Origin: Amoebidium appalachense | Lineage: Eukaryota; Protista; Ichthyosporea | Assembly: GCA_963693365.1 (NCBI GenBank) | Contig: CAVNZM010000014.1 | Location: 2,418,001-2,482,000 of the forward strand | Direction: 5' to 3' | Length of the DNA: 64,000 nt | Shown: in pieces, positions 40,580 through 54,000 of the stretch | How positions within the stretch are numbered: the stretch's first letter is position 1 | How the letters are laid out: every line of letters begins with the position of its first letter | Notes under the pieces: model-generated | The model's input: only the letters and a program-made list of their open reading frames with translations | What the model was told of the DNA's origin: nothing | The model's database searches: none | Made by a program: the position numbers and the translations under genes

Positions 40580-41311
40580 CCGCTTTCGTTTTGGTGAGTG
40601 GGTGGTTGGGTGGGCAGGTGGGTTTGGAGAAGAAGAGGCCCCGGGGGGGGGGGGGGAGGGGGGCAATGGCTGTTGTTATGCGAGAAGGGAAGGGTCCAGG
40701 GCGGGGAGTGGGGGGGAAGCAGTGAGTCCTGTAATACGGGGGGGGATGGGGGGGGGGGGGGTACAGCGGATATTCGTTAGGAAGAGAAGTTGTGTTTTAT
40801 AAATTTCTACCTGGCGGGTGGCAACCAGGTGGGGAAGGGGAGAGGGAGGGGAACTTCAAGGAGATGCCCTAGAGGGAGGGTGGGGGGAAGGCGGGGTGGA
40901 GTCGAGGAAGGCAATAAATTTTGTAATGCGAAAAGGGATGGGTCCCGGGTGGGGGAGGGGAAGGGGGGGGGGGGGGGGGGGAGGGGGGAGGGAAGTTCAG
41001 TTGAGATTTTATAAGCAAGAGAGGTTGTGTTTTGTGAATTTGTACCTGGCGGATGGCAGCGAGCAGCTTAGTCCTCTTGCCGTAGCTTGCTATGCCCATG
41101 TCCCTCAGGTCTGTGTCCTGCAGCCCAAGCAGCAGCAGCCCGTCCACATCGTTGGCTGCAAGCACTGACGCTACCTCCCCAACGACACTCTCTACGTGTC
41201 CCTTGGCCCACCTGGGTGGAAACACCCTTGTGTGAGTAGGTGTAGAGGGGGCAGGGAGAGCGGGAGGGGGGGGGGGGGAGAGGGAGTGGGTTGGAGAGAG
41301 AGGGTTGGAGA

Positions 41312-41344
<33 letters not shown>

Positions 41345-43367
41345 TGCTCTAAAAGACGGATAAATAGGAGAAATGCACACTATGGTATGGAAAGGGGATG
41401 GGCCTTTTGAGGGGGTTGATAACGGAGGGAAAGGGTGAGCAGAGATTCAACGGACCCCAATGAGCATGGGTTGAAAGAGGCGGATGGAGAGTTTGTGTGT
41501 GTGTGTGTGTGTGTGTTGGGGGGGGGGGGGGGGGGGGGGGGGGAGGGGGAGAGAGAGAGAGAGAGAGAGAAGAAACGGATGGAAAGAGGGGGGTGGGGAG
41601 GAACGGGGATGCGAGTTGAGTGGGGCGGACTGCATTGAAATGTGGTGTATTTGTGTGTCTGTGTGTGTTTGGGAGAGAAGGGAGGCGGCGGCGACGGGGG
41701 GAGGGGGGGGGGGGGGGGGGGGGGAGAGGGGGAGGGGGGGGGGATGGAAAAGCTCATACCGGTGAACGTCCCCTGCAGACCAAGCGGCAGCCTTAGCCCT
41801 CAGGGCAGGATCGAGGGGAGCATTCTGCATGGCCCAGAAGATATCCGTAGTGCCCCAGCCAGGTGGTGTGCCAACTGGGTGTCCGGGCATAGAGCTGGTG
41901 AATCCTCCCATGCTGCCAAGCGTGTTCTGTGTGCGGGTGTGCGTGTGTGTGTGTTTGGGGGGGGGGGGGGGGGGGGGGAATGGGGGGGGGAATTGAAAGG
42001 ATTCCAGGAAAGCCAGGGGAAACGGAAGTGGTGTGTGTGTATGTGCAGGGGACAACTGCATTTATATGTGCTTCAATCCGGGCGGGCAGGGGGGGGGGGG
42101 GGGGGGGATATCAATGGTTAGGAACGTAGGTTGAAAAATGTCCTGTGATCAGTGGGCGTGAAGGAGGACAAGACTCGTGTGCAGCTAACTCTAGCACCTA
42201 ATTGGTGTGGATATGTTTTGCACCGAATATTGGTTGCAGAAAAAGATGAGAGAAGGTAGACAGTCGAGGGCAAAGTTACGTGAGTAAAACATTTTACCGT
42301 AACTTAGGAATGGGATGTCGAGTGCCCGAGAATGAAAAAATCCAGCGATCCAGTGGAGTGGGTGGGTGGATGGAGGGTGTGTATGTGTGTGTGTGGGGGG
42401 GGGGGGGGGGGGGGGGGGGGGGAGGGGGCCCGTTAAAAGGGGTGGTTGGGTGGGTGGGTGGGTGGGTGCGGGGAGGGGGGGGGGGGGGGGGGGGAGGGCG
42501 TTAAGAGGGGCAGGGGGTGGGGTTGGGGGGAAGCACCGTCCTCTGGGAAGGGGGGACGGGGGGATGGGTTGCACACCAAAAGGTAAGCTAAAAGGCGGGT
42601 TTGCTCAATATGCGCACTTTTGGTGGTTGTAATGATGTTGGAAGATTGAGCACCCGGGGGAAGGCGCCCCGAGGGGGAGAGGGGGAAGGGGGAGAGGGGG
42701 ACATTCGGAATAAGTACCATGGAGTTTGGGACGGACTGAGAAATCCCCATGTGAGGCATGGCAGGGATCCCAGGAGGCATGCCCCCCTGCATGAATCCGG
42801 GCATGCCCATATTAGGAACAGACCCAGTGTGGCCCATTTGAGGGTTGGTGTGGGGAGCCAGTTTTGAGGGTGCCAGCTGGGACATGAGTTGGTCCAGGTA
42901 CCACTGTTGCATGCGGGCCACGTCCATCATAGGTGCCTGGGTGGGTGGGGTTGAGAGAATGGTGGCGGCCAGGCCGTTGGACTCTTCGAGTGTCGTTTCG
43001 GCTACCTGTGAGGGTTGGGTGGATGGGTTGTATATTAGAGTCTGTGCGCATAACATGACATTCGATGAATGCCCCCCCCCTCTCTCCTCCCCCCCCCCCT
43101 CCCCCTCTATCACCCCCTCCCCTCCTTCTTTTTCTACCCCCCCACCCCCCTCCTGCCCCCCTTCCCCACGCCCCGCTTCTTCGTTCGCCCCGCCTCCAGA
43201 GTCTTCCGGCCCGTTTACGTTGTTTTTCCTTCTCCCCATTCTCTTTTTCTCCTCTTTCTTGAATTTAGGTGTCTTGCAGCAGGAGGGAGGAATGGTGGGT
43301 GTGTTTTAAAAGGGGTGTGTGGGTTTTGGGGTGGGTGGGTGTCCGGGGGTGTTTTTTTTTTTTTCTT

Positions 43368-43425
<58 letters not shown>

Positions 43426-44461
43426 AACTGTTGACTAGACTAGAAGGGCTGAGAATGGCTACATAATAACCAACATTAGTTGTCTTGCATGTTTTGAATC
43501 TCCCGAACCTGCCCTGGTCAAATTAACAGCCAATCACCAAGCTTCTTCAAACAAATTGCATGCCTCGCAGCACACCTGTGTGGATGCAAGTCTGTTTGTT
43601 GCTCTGTAGCCCCCATGGTTTTTAATGAGTAACATTTAATGTAACTCATTTTTGCGGTGCTCAGATTTTTCCGCTCGCATCCAAAGGCTTATATTATTTA
43701 GTAAAAAAGTTACCTCTTATAAGGATAAACACGCGCATGTAATTTTTTTGGGGTGTTTAAGTCTATTATTGTGATGTTTACTATGAGCGATCATGAAGGG
43801 GTAGCGAGGTGTGAAGAAAGTTACTCATCTCACAAGAATGTGACTCATCAATTAGTGATTTTGGGCGGCGGCCCAGCGGCATCAATTGAGCGCATCACCC
43901 AGGCGCAGTCCTGGGCTGAACGAAAACAGCCAAAAACCCGCCGGCGGATGATGATCATGGTGTTTCAGTGTAGTAATGTACTATGAAACACCATGTTTTC
44001 TTGCTAGGCCTTGGTAAAACAATATATTTGCTTTGTTCATAGAAAATTTCAACTCGATATGACCATTTTCAAGGTACAAAAGCGTGCTTCTTTGATGGAG
44101 GGTCATGAGTAATCTAAAATGTTACTCATCCTAATTGAGCCATTTTCCAAAAATTCCCGGGATACCGAGATGAGTAACAATTTATGTTACTCATGCTCCA
44201 TTGGGGGTAAGTATACATTTTAAAATTGCGACGGTGTGCAAACATACAGTTATCATCACTAGGCTACGTGCATGAATTTGCGTCAGTCGGGTTCGCTGTT
44301 GTGCCTGTGAAAAGGGAGGGCTATGGAGACCCCCAAAGGGATGGAGGGGCATCAAGAGGGAAGCAAATTGGACACCCGCAGGTGTGTGTGTGTGTGTATT
44401 TTTAGGGAGGGGGGAGGGGGGGGGGGGATAGAGACAGAGAAACAGAGCGAGAGGAAAGCGG

Positions 44462-44500
<39 letters not shown>

Positions 44501-46249
44501 AAATACCCTAGCAGCCAGCTGCTCGCCCATGCCATCCTCTGACCCCAGGGGGGGCTCATCATCCCAGAACAGCTTGATCGCTTCGGGGTTAATCTTTGCA
44601 CCCGATTTGGCACCGATTACACCCGATGCCGATCTGGCGGCAGAAGCCGCGGTGGTAGTGGGTCCCCCCGGAGCAGCGCTGGGGGCCGGGAGCGAATTCA
44701 GACGTCTGGGCCCACCCACAACTATCGTGCTTGCGATGGTTTTTTCCACAATTTTGGCGGCGTTGGGGGGGGTTCTTCGTCGCCGTGGCGGGAATTACAG
44801 GGGAATGGTCGTCAGAGAGCATTTCTTCCCAGCAGCTTGGAACCGAGTTCTTCTTCAAAACCTCGTTCTTCTCCCCACTGCTCCCGTTTGAACTTACTGC
44901 GCTGGTGCTAGCAGAACCGTTTCCAGAGCTTGAAGTAGTGGATAACTTACGAGCGGGGGTCTCTGTGGGAGGAGGGGGAGGCGTGGTGGGGACAGGCGGA
45001 GAGGCGGAGATGGCGGGGGGAGGACGTTTGTGCACCTCTGCATCTGCGCCAGCCATTTCCACCCAGAGCTTGTCGAGATATTGGGTGATGAGGGTGTCCT
45101 CCTGATGGTGGGGTGATGGTTATTCATTGGGGGGGGGAGGGAGGGAGGGAGGGAGAGGGGGAAGGACTACTGCGGTGCTAGAAAACTCCCAGTCTCCTGC
45201 TGCTCTTGTCCCTCCCCCCCCCCCCCCCCCCCCCCCTCTCTCCCCGTTGCCAAACAATCTCCCCCCCCCCCCCCACTCCCCCCTCCCCCCCCACACACAC
45301 ACCACACACACGGCTCACCACACACACACACACGCACCGTGACGCACACACACACACACCCTCTCCAACAACGCCACATGCTCCTTTCTTCCCCGTTACC
45401 TTCACTGACACATACACACACTACATACCCTCCCCCCTTATCCCCTCATGCACCCATACAGTTTACCTCTGCCCCAACTGACAAGACTCGGTTTTCTCTC
45501 ACACTTTCTTGGTTTAGCGAGGGGGGGGGGAAAGAGCAAAAGGGGCAGTGTGGGCGGGTGAGTGGGTATGTGGTGGTGGTTGGTGGGGGAGGGAGGGAGG
45601 AAGGGGGGGAGGGGGTGGTGGTGGTGGTGGGGGGGGGGGGGGGGGGGGGGGGGGGGGTAAGAACAGATGGAATAAAGAACCCACAGCACGGTGTGTTTCA
45701 CTACACAGACGCAGATGCATGATATGCTGGTGCATGCAAACTGCCTGATAAAAAAAGAACCGCACTATGTGTTCTCTTTATATCATACCGTGCTTAGTTG
45801 AAATGAACCTCCTAATCAACAGGCACAACATAGCAGCCCGACCGAAAAGGAGGTAGTTCATTGACACGGGGAGGGAGGAGGGGGAGAAGGGGCCCCGGGG
45901 GGGGAGGGGGGGGGGGGGGAGACGAGGAGGGAGGTGGAGCGCGGACAACAAACAAACACACGAACACACACCTCAGATCCATGCGAGTAGACGCAATATC
46001 TTCCGTTGAGACACTTCGACTTTGTCTCCCCCGACACAAACGGGCACAGGCGCCTCTTGAACAGATCTGGGTGCACCATCTGACACCACTGCTGGCCCTT
46101 GGTTGGGCGGGATGGCCATTCCATGGTCTCACGCTCAATGGTGAGAGGGGCCCGACGGTCTGTTGGGTTAAGGTGCGGGTGGTACAGGTGGCACCTGTGC
46201 AGGCGTGAGTGGGTGGGTTAAAAAAGGGTGGGAAAAAAAAAAAAAAAAA

Positions 46250-46281
<32 letters not shown>

Positions 46282-47453
46282 GAATATTGGGTGGTTAATG
46301 GGGGCATATGGGGAGGTGTAAGGTGGGGTTACCAAAAAAGGAAGAAAACCTTACAGGGAGAACTGGGCCCTTTTGTAAACCATTGCCACGGGTTAATGCA
46401 CTGGAATAGTGGCGAAACTCAAGCACTGACGAATAACACTTGACATCTCCACATGATTCGCACAAACATGTGCCACCTTTACCATCTCCACCCCCTCCCC
46501 CCCCTTCCCCCGTCCCCCCCCCCCCCCCCCCCCCCCCCCCTCACAACCACCACCTCACCAAACCACCAGACCGCCAAAATCTGCGGCATCTCCCCTCAGC
46601 ACTTATCCCCCCCCCCCCCCTCCCCTCCCCCCCCCCCCCCCCCCCCCTCCTCCCTCCTCTCTTCATACCCACCCACCCACCCACAGAAACAGCGCACATC
46701 CACTACCCCGAACCACCACCAATAGACTTGGAAACCCACCACATACAACCGGCATCACCACCATAACCGTCATCCCACCCAATAGCCCAGCTCTCCACCT
46801 CAACCCCATTCCCATGCTTCTCTCCTCACATCCTTAGGAAATCCCTTCCCCAAATTCTATTTTCGGATGCTGCTAACCCCCCCCCCCCCCCCCCCCCCCC
46901 CCATGGTTAAGGCTTTATTTTTCAAAAAAAAATCCAGCCTGACAAGGCATCATGAGTCCCCCTCCCCCATCCCCCCCATCCCCCTGTCACAGGGAATTTT
47001 TGCACCGGGAAATTTTTGCACTAGGTCGTCTCCCTAGACTAAAGAAAAAGGCTACCTAAACTTGTTTGAAATGGAGTTCTGTCTCTGATCTGTTTTTCTC
47101 AATACTTTACGGCCTCTTTAGGTGCTTGTGTGTTTCTCCGTACGATTTCAGCTCTATGCTGAGTATCTCCACTAAGTCGACTCCAACTTCCAAATGCATT
47201 ATCCCCCCCCCCCCCCCCCCCGTTCCTCAGTAACGGAGGTTTAGGGGGACATCAACTGACTTTCTTTGGCCACCCATAAATGTCATATAAACTCAACAAA
47301 AAGACAGTCATTAAGAACGTGTATTTCATACTTTACATGCTAACATTACCAATGAGCACAAAAACACCCAGTGAAAAGCCAATATGACACAATTGGTAAT
47401 GTTAGCATTCAACCTCCAGTGCAAAAATTCCCCGGTGCAAAAATTTCCCTGTG

Positions 47454-47489
<36 letters not shown>

Positions 47490-48897
47490 CCCTGCCCCCA
47501 TCCCCCCTGACCGGCACACACACATCCACACACACACACACACACACACACCCACACCATACACCACCACCACAAAGCCTGCTGCCAAGGATCAGGCTCT
47601 TTCGTAACTTCATTAATTTTTTTTCTTTTTATTTTTTGTTTTTTAAAAAAATAATAATAAAAAAATTGGTTACTAGCTTTAAATGTTACACACTGCTTAC
47701 CGTTTCCAGTCGTGGTTCTCAGCCTTGGTGGTGCACGGGCCTTTAGTCTTGAAATGAAGCATCAGGAACTTGAACCATTCATCTGCAGGGTAAAAAAATC
47801 CCCATTTAATATTACTTGGCTTTGAAAGTTTTAAAAACTGGGCAAGATAACTAAGAGCACGTGTTAAGTCCCACTCCGACAGACACTCACGATCACACCT
47901 CTCAAGCCTTCTTGGCTAATCGCCTAAGGCTTCAAATTCAGCACACAGCCCAAGCCTTCCTTCGTTTCCTACTAATCACTACCCTGCCCGTTTCAACGGT
48001 ACACATATCAACCTCAGGTTGCCATCCTCTTAGTCAAATCCCCGAGGCTTTCACTTATGGCACACATAGCCCCCTCCCCCCCCCCCCCCCCCCTCCCTTC
48101 TGCTCCCCCTTTCCTCCCTGCCCTTTCCCCCAAACACAACCCCCCCCCCCCCCCCCCTCACACACACACACACACACACACGTTTATTCGCCCCCCAAGT
48201 GGATTCCCCCTCTCCCCCTTCCTCTCCCCCCCCCATCGTGGATCCAAACAAAAAAACTGTAAAACTCCACACACAGGGTAGGAATCAAACCTCCCGGAAA
48301 TTTTCTTAGGGCCGACCTGAGAGGTGCTTAACAGAAAAATCAATCTGATTGCCCTTGGACCTGCACAGTGACACATGCATTATGAGAAGTACACACGTAT
48401 ACAGCTGGCACAATTGCACCCTGCCTTTTAGCCTAAATAGATAGTATTGTGAACACCTACAAGTAATTGGCCGTGGGGGTGTCCACATTCCACCCTGCAG
48501 ACTGCCCGTACAGCGCCAGTGAGGCACATAGAGCTTCTCTTTGGGGTGGCGGAACGGACACACATCCTTTTTGCCGCAGAACTCCCCCTTGCGGCAATCT
48601 GCCGTCTTGTAGACATCCGGGTGAAACTGGAAATCGATCGTCTTGTCATCCACCTCGTCTGGGCAATAAGCCCAGGGGGGAGAAGGACGTTCATTGATGC
48701 GCGGGTCCCTGCGCTTCTTGAGGGGATTGTGCGCAAACATGAAACGGCTGGTTTTCTCCGTTTCGTACGCGGACATGGGCGTTACCTTTTCCACAATGAC
48801 GGGAGAGTCGGAGGCGGTGGATGAGGACGCCTTATCCGATTTCTTCTTAGCTGCCTCTGGAGGGTTGGAAAAGACATCGTTAAAAAGATAGGTCCAG
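40152..48897 (-). CDS. Unkempt/TZF-like CCCH zinc-finger protein with C-terminal SAM domain (first exon uncertain; one apparent 1-nt frameshift)
   Basis: Exons 48897-48461, 47782-47701, 46194-45972, 45101-44507, 43005-42718, 41926-41760, 41211-41046 and 40169-40152; candidate first exon ~49032-49018 or further upstream. Zinc-finger motifs: FAHNPLKKRRDP, FHPDVYKTADCRKGEFCGKKDVCPFRH, FKTKGPCTTKAENHDWKRCHLYH, HPDLFKRRLC...C...CVYSHGSEE. SAM: WSAGDVHRW...NDVDGLLLLGLQDTDLRDMGIASYGKRTKLLAAI. Confidence 0.8.
43610..44207. mobile_element. MITE-like element with imperfect TIRs and ATGAGTAAC palindromes
   Basis: Left CCCCCATGG...ATGAGTAACATTTAATGTAACTCAT and right ATGAGTAACAATTTATGTTACTCAT..CCATTGGGGG, plus further GTTACTCAT motifs inside. 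No clean TSD. Confidence 0.6.
46986..47455. mobile_element. MITE with ~37-bp TIRs
   Basis: GTCACAGGGAATTTTTGCACCGGGAAATTTTTGCACT ... AGTGCAAAAATTCCCCGGTGCAAAAATTTCCCTGTGAC. Sits in a C-rich intronic tract, so no TSD can be read. Confidence 0.8.
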
Positions 48898-51058
48898 CTA
48901 CAAAAGTGACAACATTAACCGTACACTAATTGTGCCCCTTTGTAAGTGATAACGGTCTGTTCTCTGTACAATAAACAACTCTCCTTAAATATTATTATAC
49001 CACCACACACTTGACCTTATTCTCAATGCTGCGACTGCCATCCATCGACCCGAGCAATCACTCGAATTCGAAAAAAAATCATTTAGTCAGTAATACAGTT
49101 ATTTATAAAACCCACACAGATTCTTATGTTGCCAACAAACCAGCCTTCTATGTTAACATATCAAAAAAAAAAAAAAAAAAGGGTGTCAAGTCTTTATTCT
49201 TGCAGAAATTAGTGGCTGTTAACTGACACTGCAACCGGGCCCTTTCCTTAAATTGCAACTAGCCAACTGAAGTCTACACATGTGTACCGTGACTTCGGTT
49301 CAAGAGTCCTCATACTAATGGTAGGCATAGGAACTGCCTTTAATATTCAACTCTGCCCAGCTTTGAGTTGACAATTTTTTCCCACAAAATGCCAATGAGC
49401 ATCACCATCATGAAAGCGTAATAACCCACTCCAGACCCGCACGACTAGTCGTCGTAACTCCTTATGCTATTCTGAATGCTCGTTTCGAAGTAATAACCTT
49501 AGTCTATATTGCAAGATGCTAAAGCGAAAGAAACAACAGCAACAAGCAGCTACGAAAGTGAAAAAACACACAATGATGAGTTTACGAGAATGTTATTATC
49601 TACTTATCCCTACGAAGGAACTTCAATTTCTCACAGATCTCAAACAAGCCTGGCAGATTTAAAACTTGAGTGAACACTCTATTAGAAGGCGTGTTATTAA
49701 TTAAAGTTGGGATTCAAAGCAAGTGATCTCAAACAGGCTTTGTACAAAACTCCCTTTACTCCTTTGCGTTTCTGAATACCAATACTATTTCAACCAAACC
49801 TCCTTCCGAAACAAGCTTGTTTTGTGTCGACTGATTTATCTTATTGTCATCAGGCCCAGATCCCCCTCCAATCTAGCCAAACAGCCTAGAACGACCCAGC
49901 TGCTGGTGCGCAATCTGTAATGTGTATGCAGCTGCATCCGTTTACTAAACCTTTTAGAAATCAAAACTGGAAGGGGGGAAAAAAGGGAGGAGCAAACTTA
50001 CTGTTTTTCTTCTTTCTCAAAACGACAACATGGAACTCGTTTGAGTGGGCACTCCCACCCCCTGAATCACCTTTGCCCATGGCGCCGGTTCCTTCGCCAA
50101 CTCAACTGGCTAATTCAATGATCGGGAAAACAGAACATCAAAACACTAGCTAAAAATGCCACTTTCCTACCACTTTCAGTCATAAAAATGGGGCGGAAAA
50201 GATAAGAAAACGAAGACTGCTCCTGTCAGAGGCCATATCGTGTAACAACTTCACTGAGTTGGGTGACGGTGTTACATTTTTCAACACGATACGGGTCCTT
50301 GGAGCGCTATTTGGCATTTACCCGCCAAGATACTTGATTGGATAAAACATCCAGCTTGTGATCACAGTGCCTGAAACTTTGATTATGCTTGCGTAGTATC
50401 CTAAACAGATAGGTAGTAGAAAAGTCATAATGTAGTTGTTATTTATAATAGATTTATAAGAACCACTTTCAGCTAAAACAATTAAAATGGGTGAGCACGC
50501 GCCATCCCTTCGGAGGTGTGCGAGCCTCTGCCCTCTTTAGTACACCCCTACGTTTGTTGGTTTGTTGGGGGAGATAAATCATTCCGATTGCATCACTATC
50601 ACGCCAGTGTCATGCTGGCTTTTGAGCATCGACAAAGCTGTGCGCTTCTGCCATATATGAAATATTTACTCAGATTTTGATTGGCGGGCTTGTGTACAAG
50701 GAGCTTGAAGCAAGTTGGTGCAACTGCAGGCCAAGCTAGAGTCTCAGCTAGCTCTCCGAGAGCTTCTTTCTCAAGGTCAGAAAAGGCTGTGCTGTATGAC
50801 ATGCAGCTGTATGATTCAGCTATATATACAACGTGGGTTCAACAACCAACAACAAACAACAACAACCATTAGCACCCTACAGGATGCAGTCGGTGCTAAG
50901 TGGAAGACGGTAGTGCCCATAAGGATCCCAAGGTGTTTCCTCTGGGAAAAACGTTGAGGGTCCTAAGGAAAATAAGGGAAAAAAAAAAAAAGAAGACGAA
51001 AAGGCGAAGGTGTAGTTCGTCGTAAAGTTATGTAATACCCCCCCCCCCCCCTTCCCCC

Positions 51059-51095
<37 letters not shown>

Positions 51096-54000
51096 AGCTC
51101 CCCCCCGAGCTCCTTTCGGAGGATAGGCAGTCTCTCGCCCCCCGCCCCCGCCCCCCCCCCCCCCCCGCCCGGCGCCCCCCCCCTCCCCCCCCCTCTCTCT
51201 CTCCCTCTCCCTCTCCCGCCCTCTCTTTCCCTCAGTCTTTCTCTCTCTATCTCTCTATCCCTCCCTCCCTCCCTCACTCCCTCCCTCCCTCCCTCTCTCT
51301 CTCTCTCCCTCCCTCCCTCCCTCTCTCTCTCTCTCTCTCCCCCCCCCCCCCCCCCCCCCCTTCTCTCCCCCCCTCTCTCTCTTGAGTCTCTCTCTCTCTC
51401 CCCCCCCCCCCCTCCTTCCCTCCCCCCTCCCTCCCCCTCCTTCTCTCTCTCTCTCTCTCTCCTTCTCTCTCTCTCTCCGAGTCACACACACACACACAAT
51501 CTCTCTCTCTTTCTCTGTCTGTCTCTCCCCCCTTCCCCCCCCCCCCCCCGCACCCAGCTCTCTCTCTCTCTTTAGCTTTCTCTCTCTCTCTCTAGCTTTC
51601 TCTCTCTCTTTCTAGAGATCTCGTTCTCTCTAGATCACACACACTGCCCCCGCCCCCCCTCCCCCTCCCCCTCCGTCGCTCCCTCCGTCGCTCCCTCCCT
51701 CCCTCCCTCGAAACCTCTCCTCTAGAAGTCTAGATCTCCTTCCACCCGCCGGCACCCCCCACCCCCCGCTCCGGATCCCCCCCCTCCCACTCTCCCCCCC
51801 TCCTGCCTCCTCCTCTCTTTGGAACATGTGCAGACGCCGGCCAGGACAACACTTCAAGGGCTTTATTGGACGAAAACATGTCGCCCGCCGTCTCACACGC
51901 TATTGGCTTAGAATGCACCCAGGAAATGGGCAAAAGCCGCGGACTGACGCAAAGTGCACACCGTGCAGGAGAGATGAGTCAACACAATTATTTTTTGTAA
52001 AAAATGGTTGGTATTGGTAAAACCCCTAACTCGTCTGACAAAATAAAATGGATGTTTGCGACCTCGTGGATTTTTGAGCACCTTTCAAGTTGTGACTGTA
52101 GGATGGTAAGAGATGCAGTATAAAGTATTTGTTTCAACATCGGTGCCAATCTGCAGGTACGGTAATCCATGTGTAACCTGTTATCACCAAGAATTTGCCC
52201 TTTTCCGATAAAATGCGTTGCTGTCCTCTAATAGCCACCTATAAAATCAGGCTTTGCACATCCCACCTTCAGAAACAGATCATCTGGCCTTTTCCTATTT
52301 CTACTTCTCGCTCAAACATGGCACCAGAAGGGGACCAAAACGACAGCCAGTCGGCTGTTCGGTGACAGCCACCTGTTTGCAGCTTCGTGGGACGCCGATG
52401 GCCGCAAGAGTGAAACGGGCGGCGGCAAATGACAGCATGTGAAGGTGAGGGCAGTGGCTGCAGCTGGCAGCTGTACTCACGTTTGGGACTTGAAGGAGCC
52501 TTGTTGGCTTTTGTGGGCTGTTGTGGCTGAAAATAACCTCGACGCCGTTAAGCAGCAGCACCGCACTAGCTGTGTTCTTTTGGTGTCTGCCTTTTCTTGT
52601 TCATACAATTGCTGTTGATTTTTCTCGTGTCCATTTTTCTTGCCTTTTTCTTTGTTGCTGTTCTTCGTTTTCTCTTCCCCAAGAGTCTCTGATGCGCGTA
52701 TTGTGGCTGAACGCTGACGCCGTTATGCGGACCCAAAGGCCGAACTTCCGGGGGCTGCTTGAGGCCCGTCCTGTGGGTTGGTCACCCGCAGGGTTAAGGG
52801 TTGAGGGCAGCCTCTGATGGGGCGGGCTGTGGGGCCGTGGCTGACTTTGACGCCGGCCAGTTTGCAGTAGCTGACCCTCTCGTTTCTCTTCTCCCCAGCA
52901 CTTTGCTTGTCCCAATTGTCCAGTCTGAGGCCTGCAAGTCACCCACCACTGCTCCACCACTGCGGTCGCTTGCCTTGCCTCTAACGTGTGCCCGGCGCCA
53001 TGGACGGCGAGGCCTGTGTTCTGCCCGGCTGTGTAGTCAAGCGGCACAAGCGCGGGCTGACGGAGGAGTTTCTTGAGGGAGCAAGAGCCATGGTGGCCAA
53101 GATCCACCCCTCCCCGAGTTGCTCCTAGTGAGGAGGCTAAGCGCGCCTCTCTGTATGTGCTGCCACCAAGTTCAGTCGGAGGGCCTGCCAGATTTCGCAC
53201 ATGAGGGTGGAAGACAAGGAGGACGTCACGCCGACTTCAAGGGCTTTGATCAAGCAAAATATCAACAAAATACAGTTTTTGAAACGCCTACACGATGTTG
53301 CAGAGTACGTGTTCTCTGAGACATCACGAAGTACATAATCTAACGAGCAAAAAAAACTACTTGTCATCTAGTGAAGATTTTCTGACCCTGACTTCTGGCC
53401 TTAATAACTACTGTATCACTCAGGCTGCCCTGCTTGTTTAGAAGTGCAACGTGAAGTGTTCGCACACACTTTCCCCTGTAACAACCCCTCTAGCTGCGCC
53501 CCCCCCCCCCCCCCCCCCCCGGCACACACACACCCACACCTACACCCCAAACCGGCACACACACACACCACCACCACCACCACCACCCTCCCCTCGTACA
53601 ACAACCGGCCACTTGTTTTCCGTTTTTGCTCATATTTCCTATCCGTTCTTATAAAGTTGGGGCCAAACCCTCTGTCATGACTTCTAAAACCTTGGGATGG
53701 TAAGTTGCTTTACGGACAAAATAGACGATCATACGTTGCACACCCCTGCATTCTGTCGCCAAGCATGCCAACAGCTATGGTGGAGAAACACACAGAAAGA
53801 TTTTCACTTCGTGATCCATACACGGGTCTGTTTTTCTTTGCATTTCTTTTTTGCGGGGGAAGGGGGGAGGGAGATCTCGAGAGCCTCGGGGAGGGGAGGG
53901 AGGGAGGGAGATGGAAGGAGAGGGGGAGCGAGAGAGGGGGGGGGGGGAGAGGTGGAGAGGGGGAGGAGGGCGGGATGCGGTTCTGAAGGCGGCCAATAAA

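Noticed and set aside
45467-45507. Extra small exon in the CCCH-SAM gene
   Set aside because: Direct splicing 45972 to 45101 gives the expected HGSE|ED continuation, and the candidate does not fit phase 0 without a stop.
51830-51935. Tc1 transposase fragment (NKALEVLSWPAS, minus strand)
   Set aside because: Only a few residues resemble the WP.qSPDLNPIE region; the diagnostic DN..H and SPDLNPIE motifs are absent.
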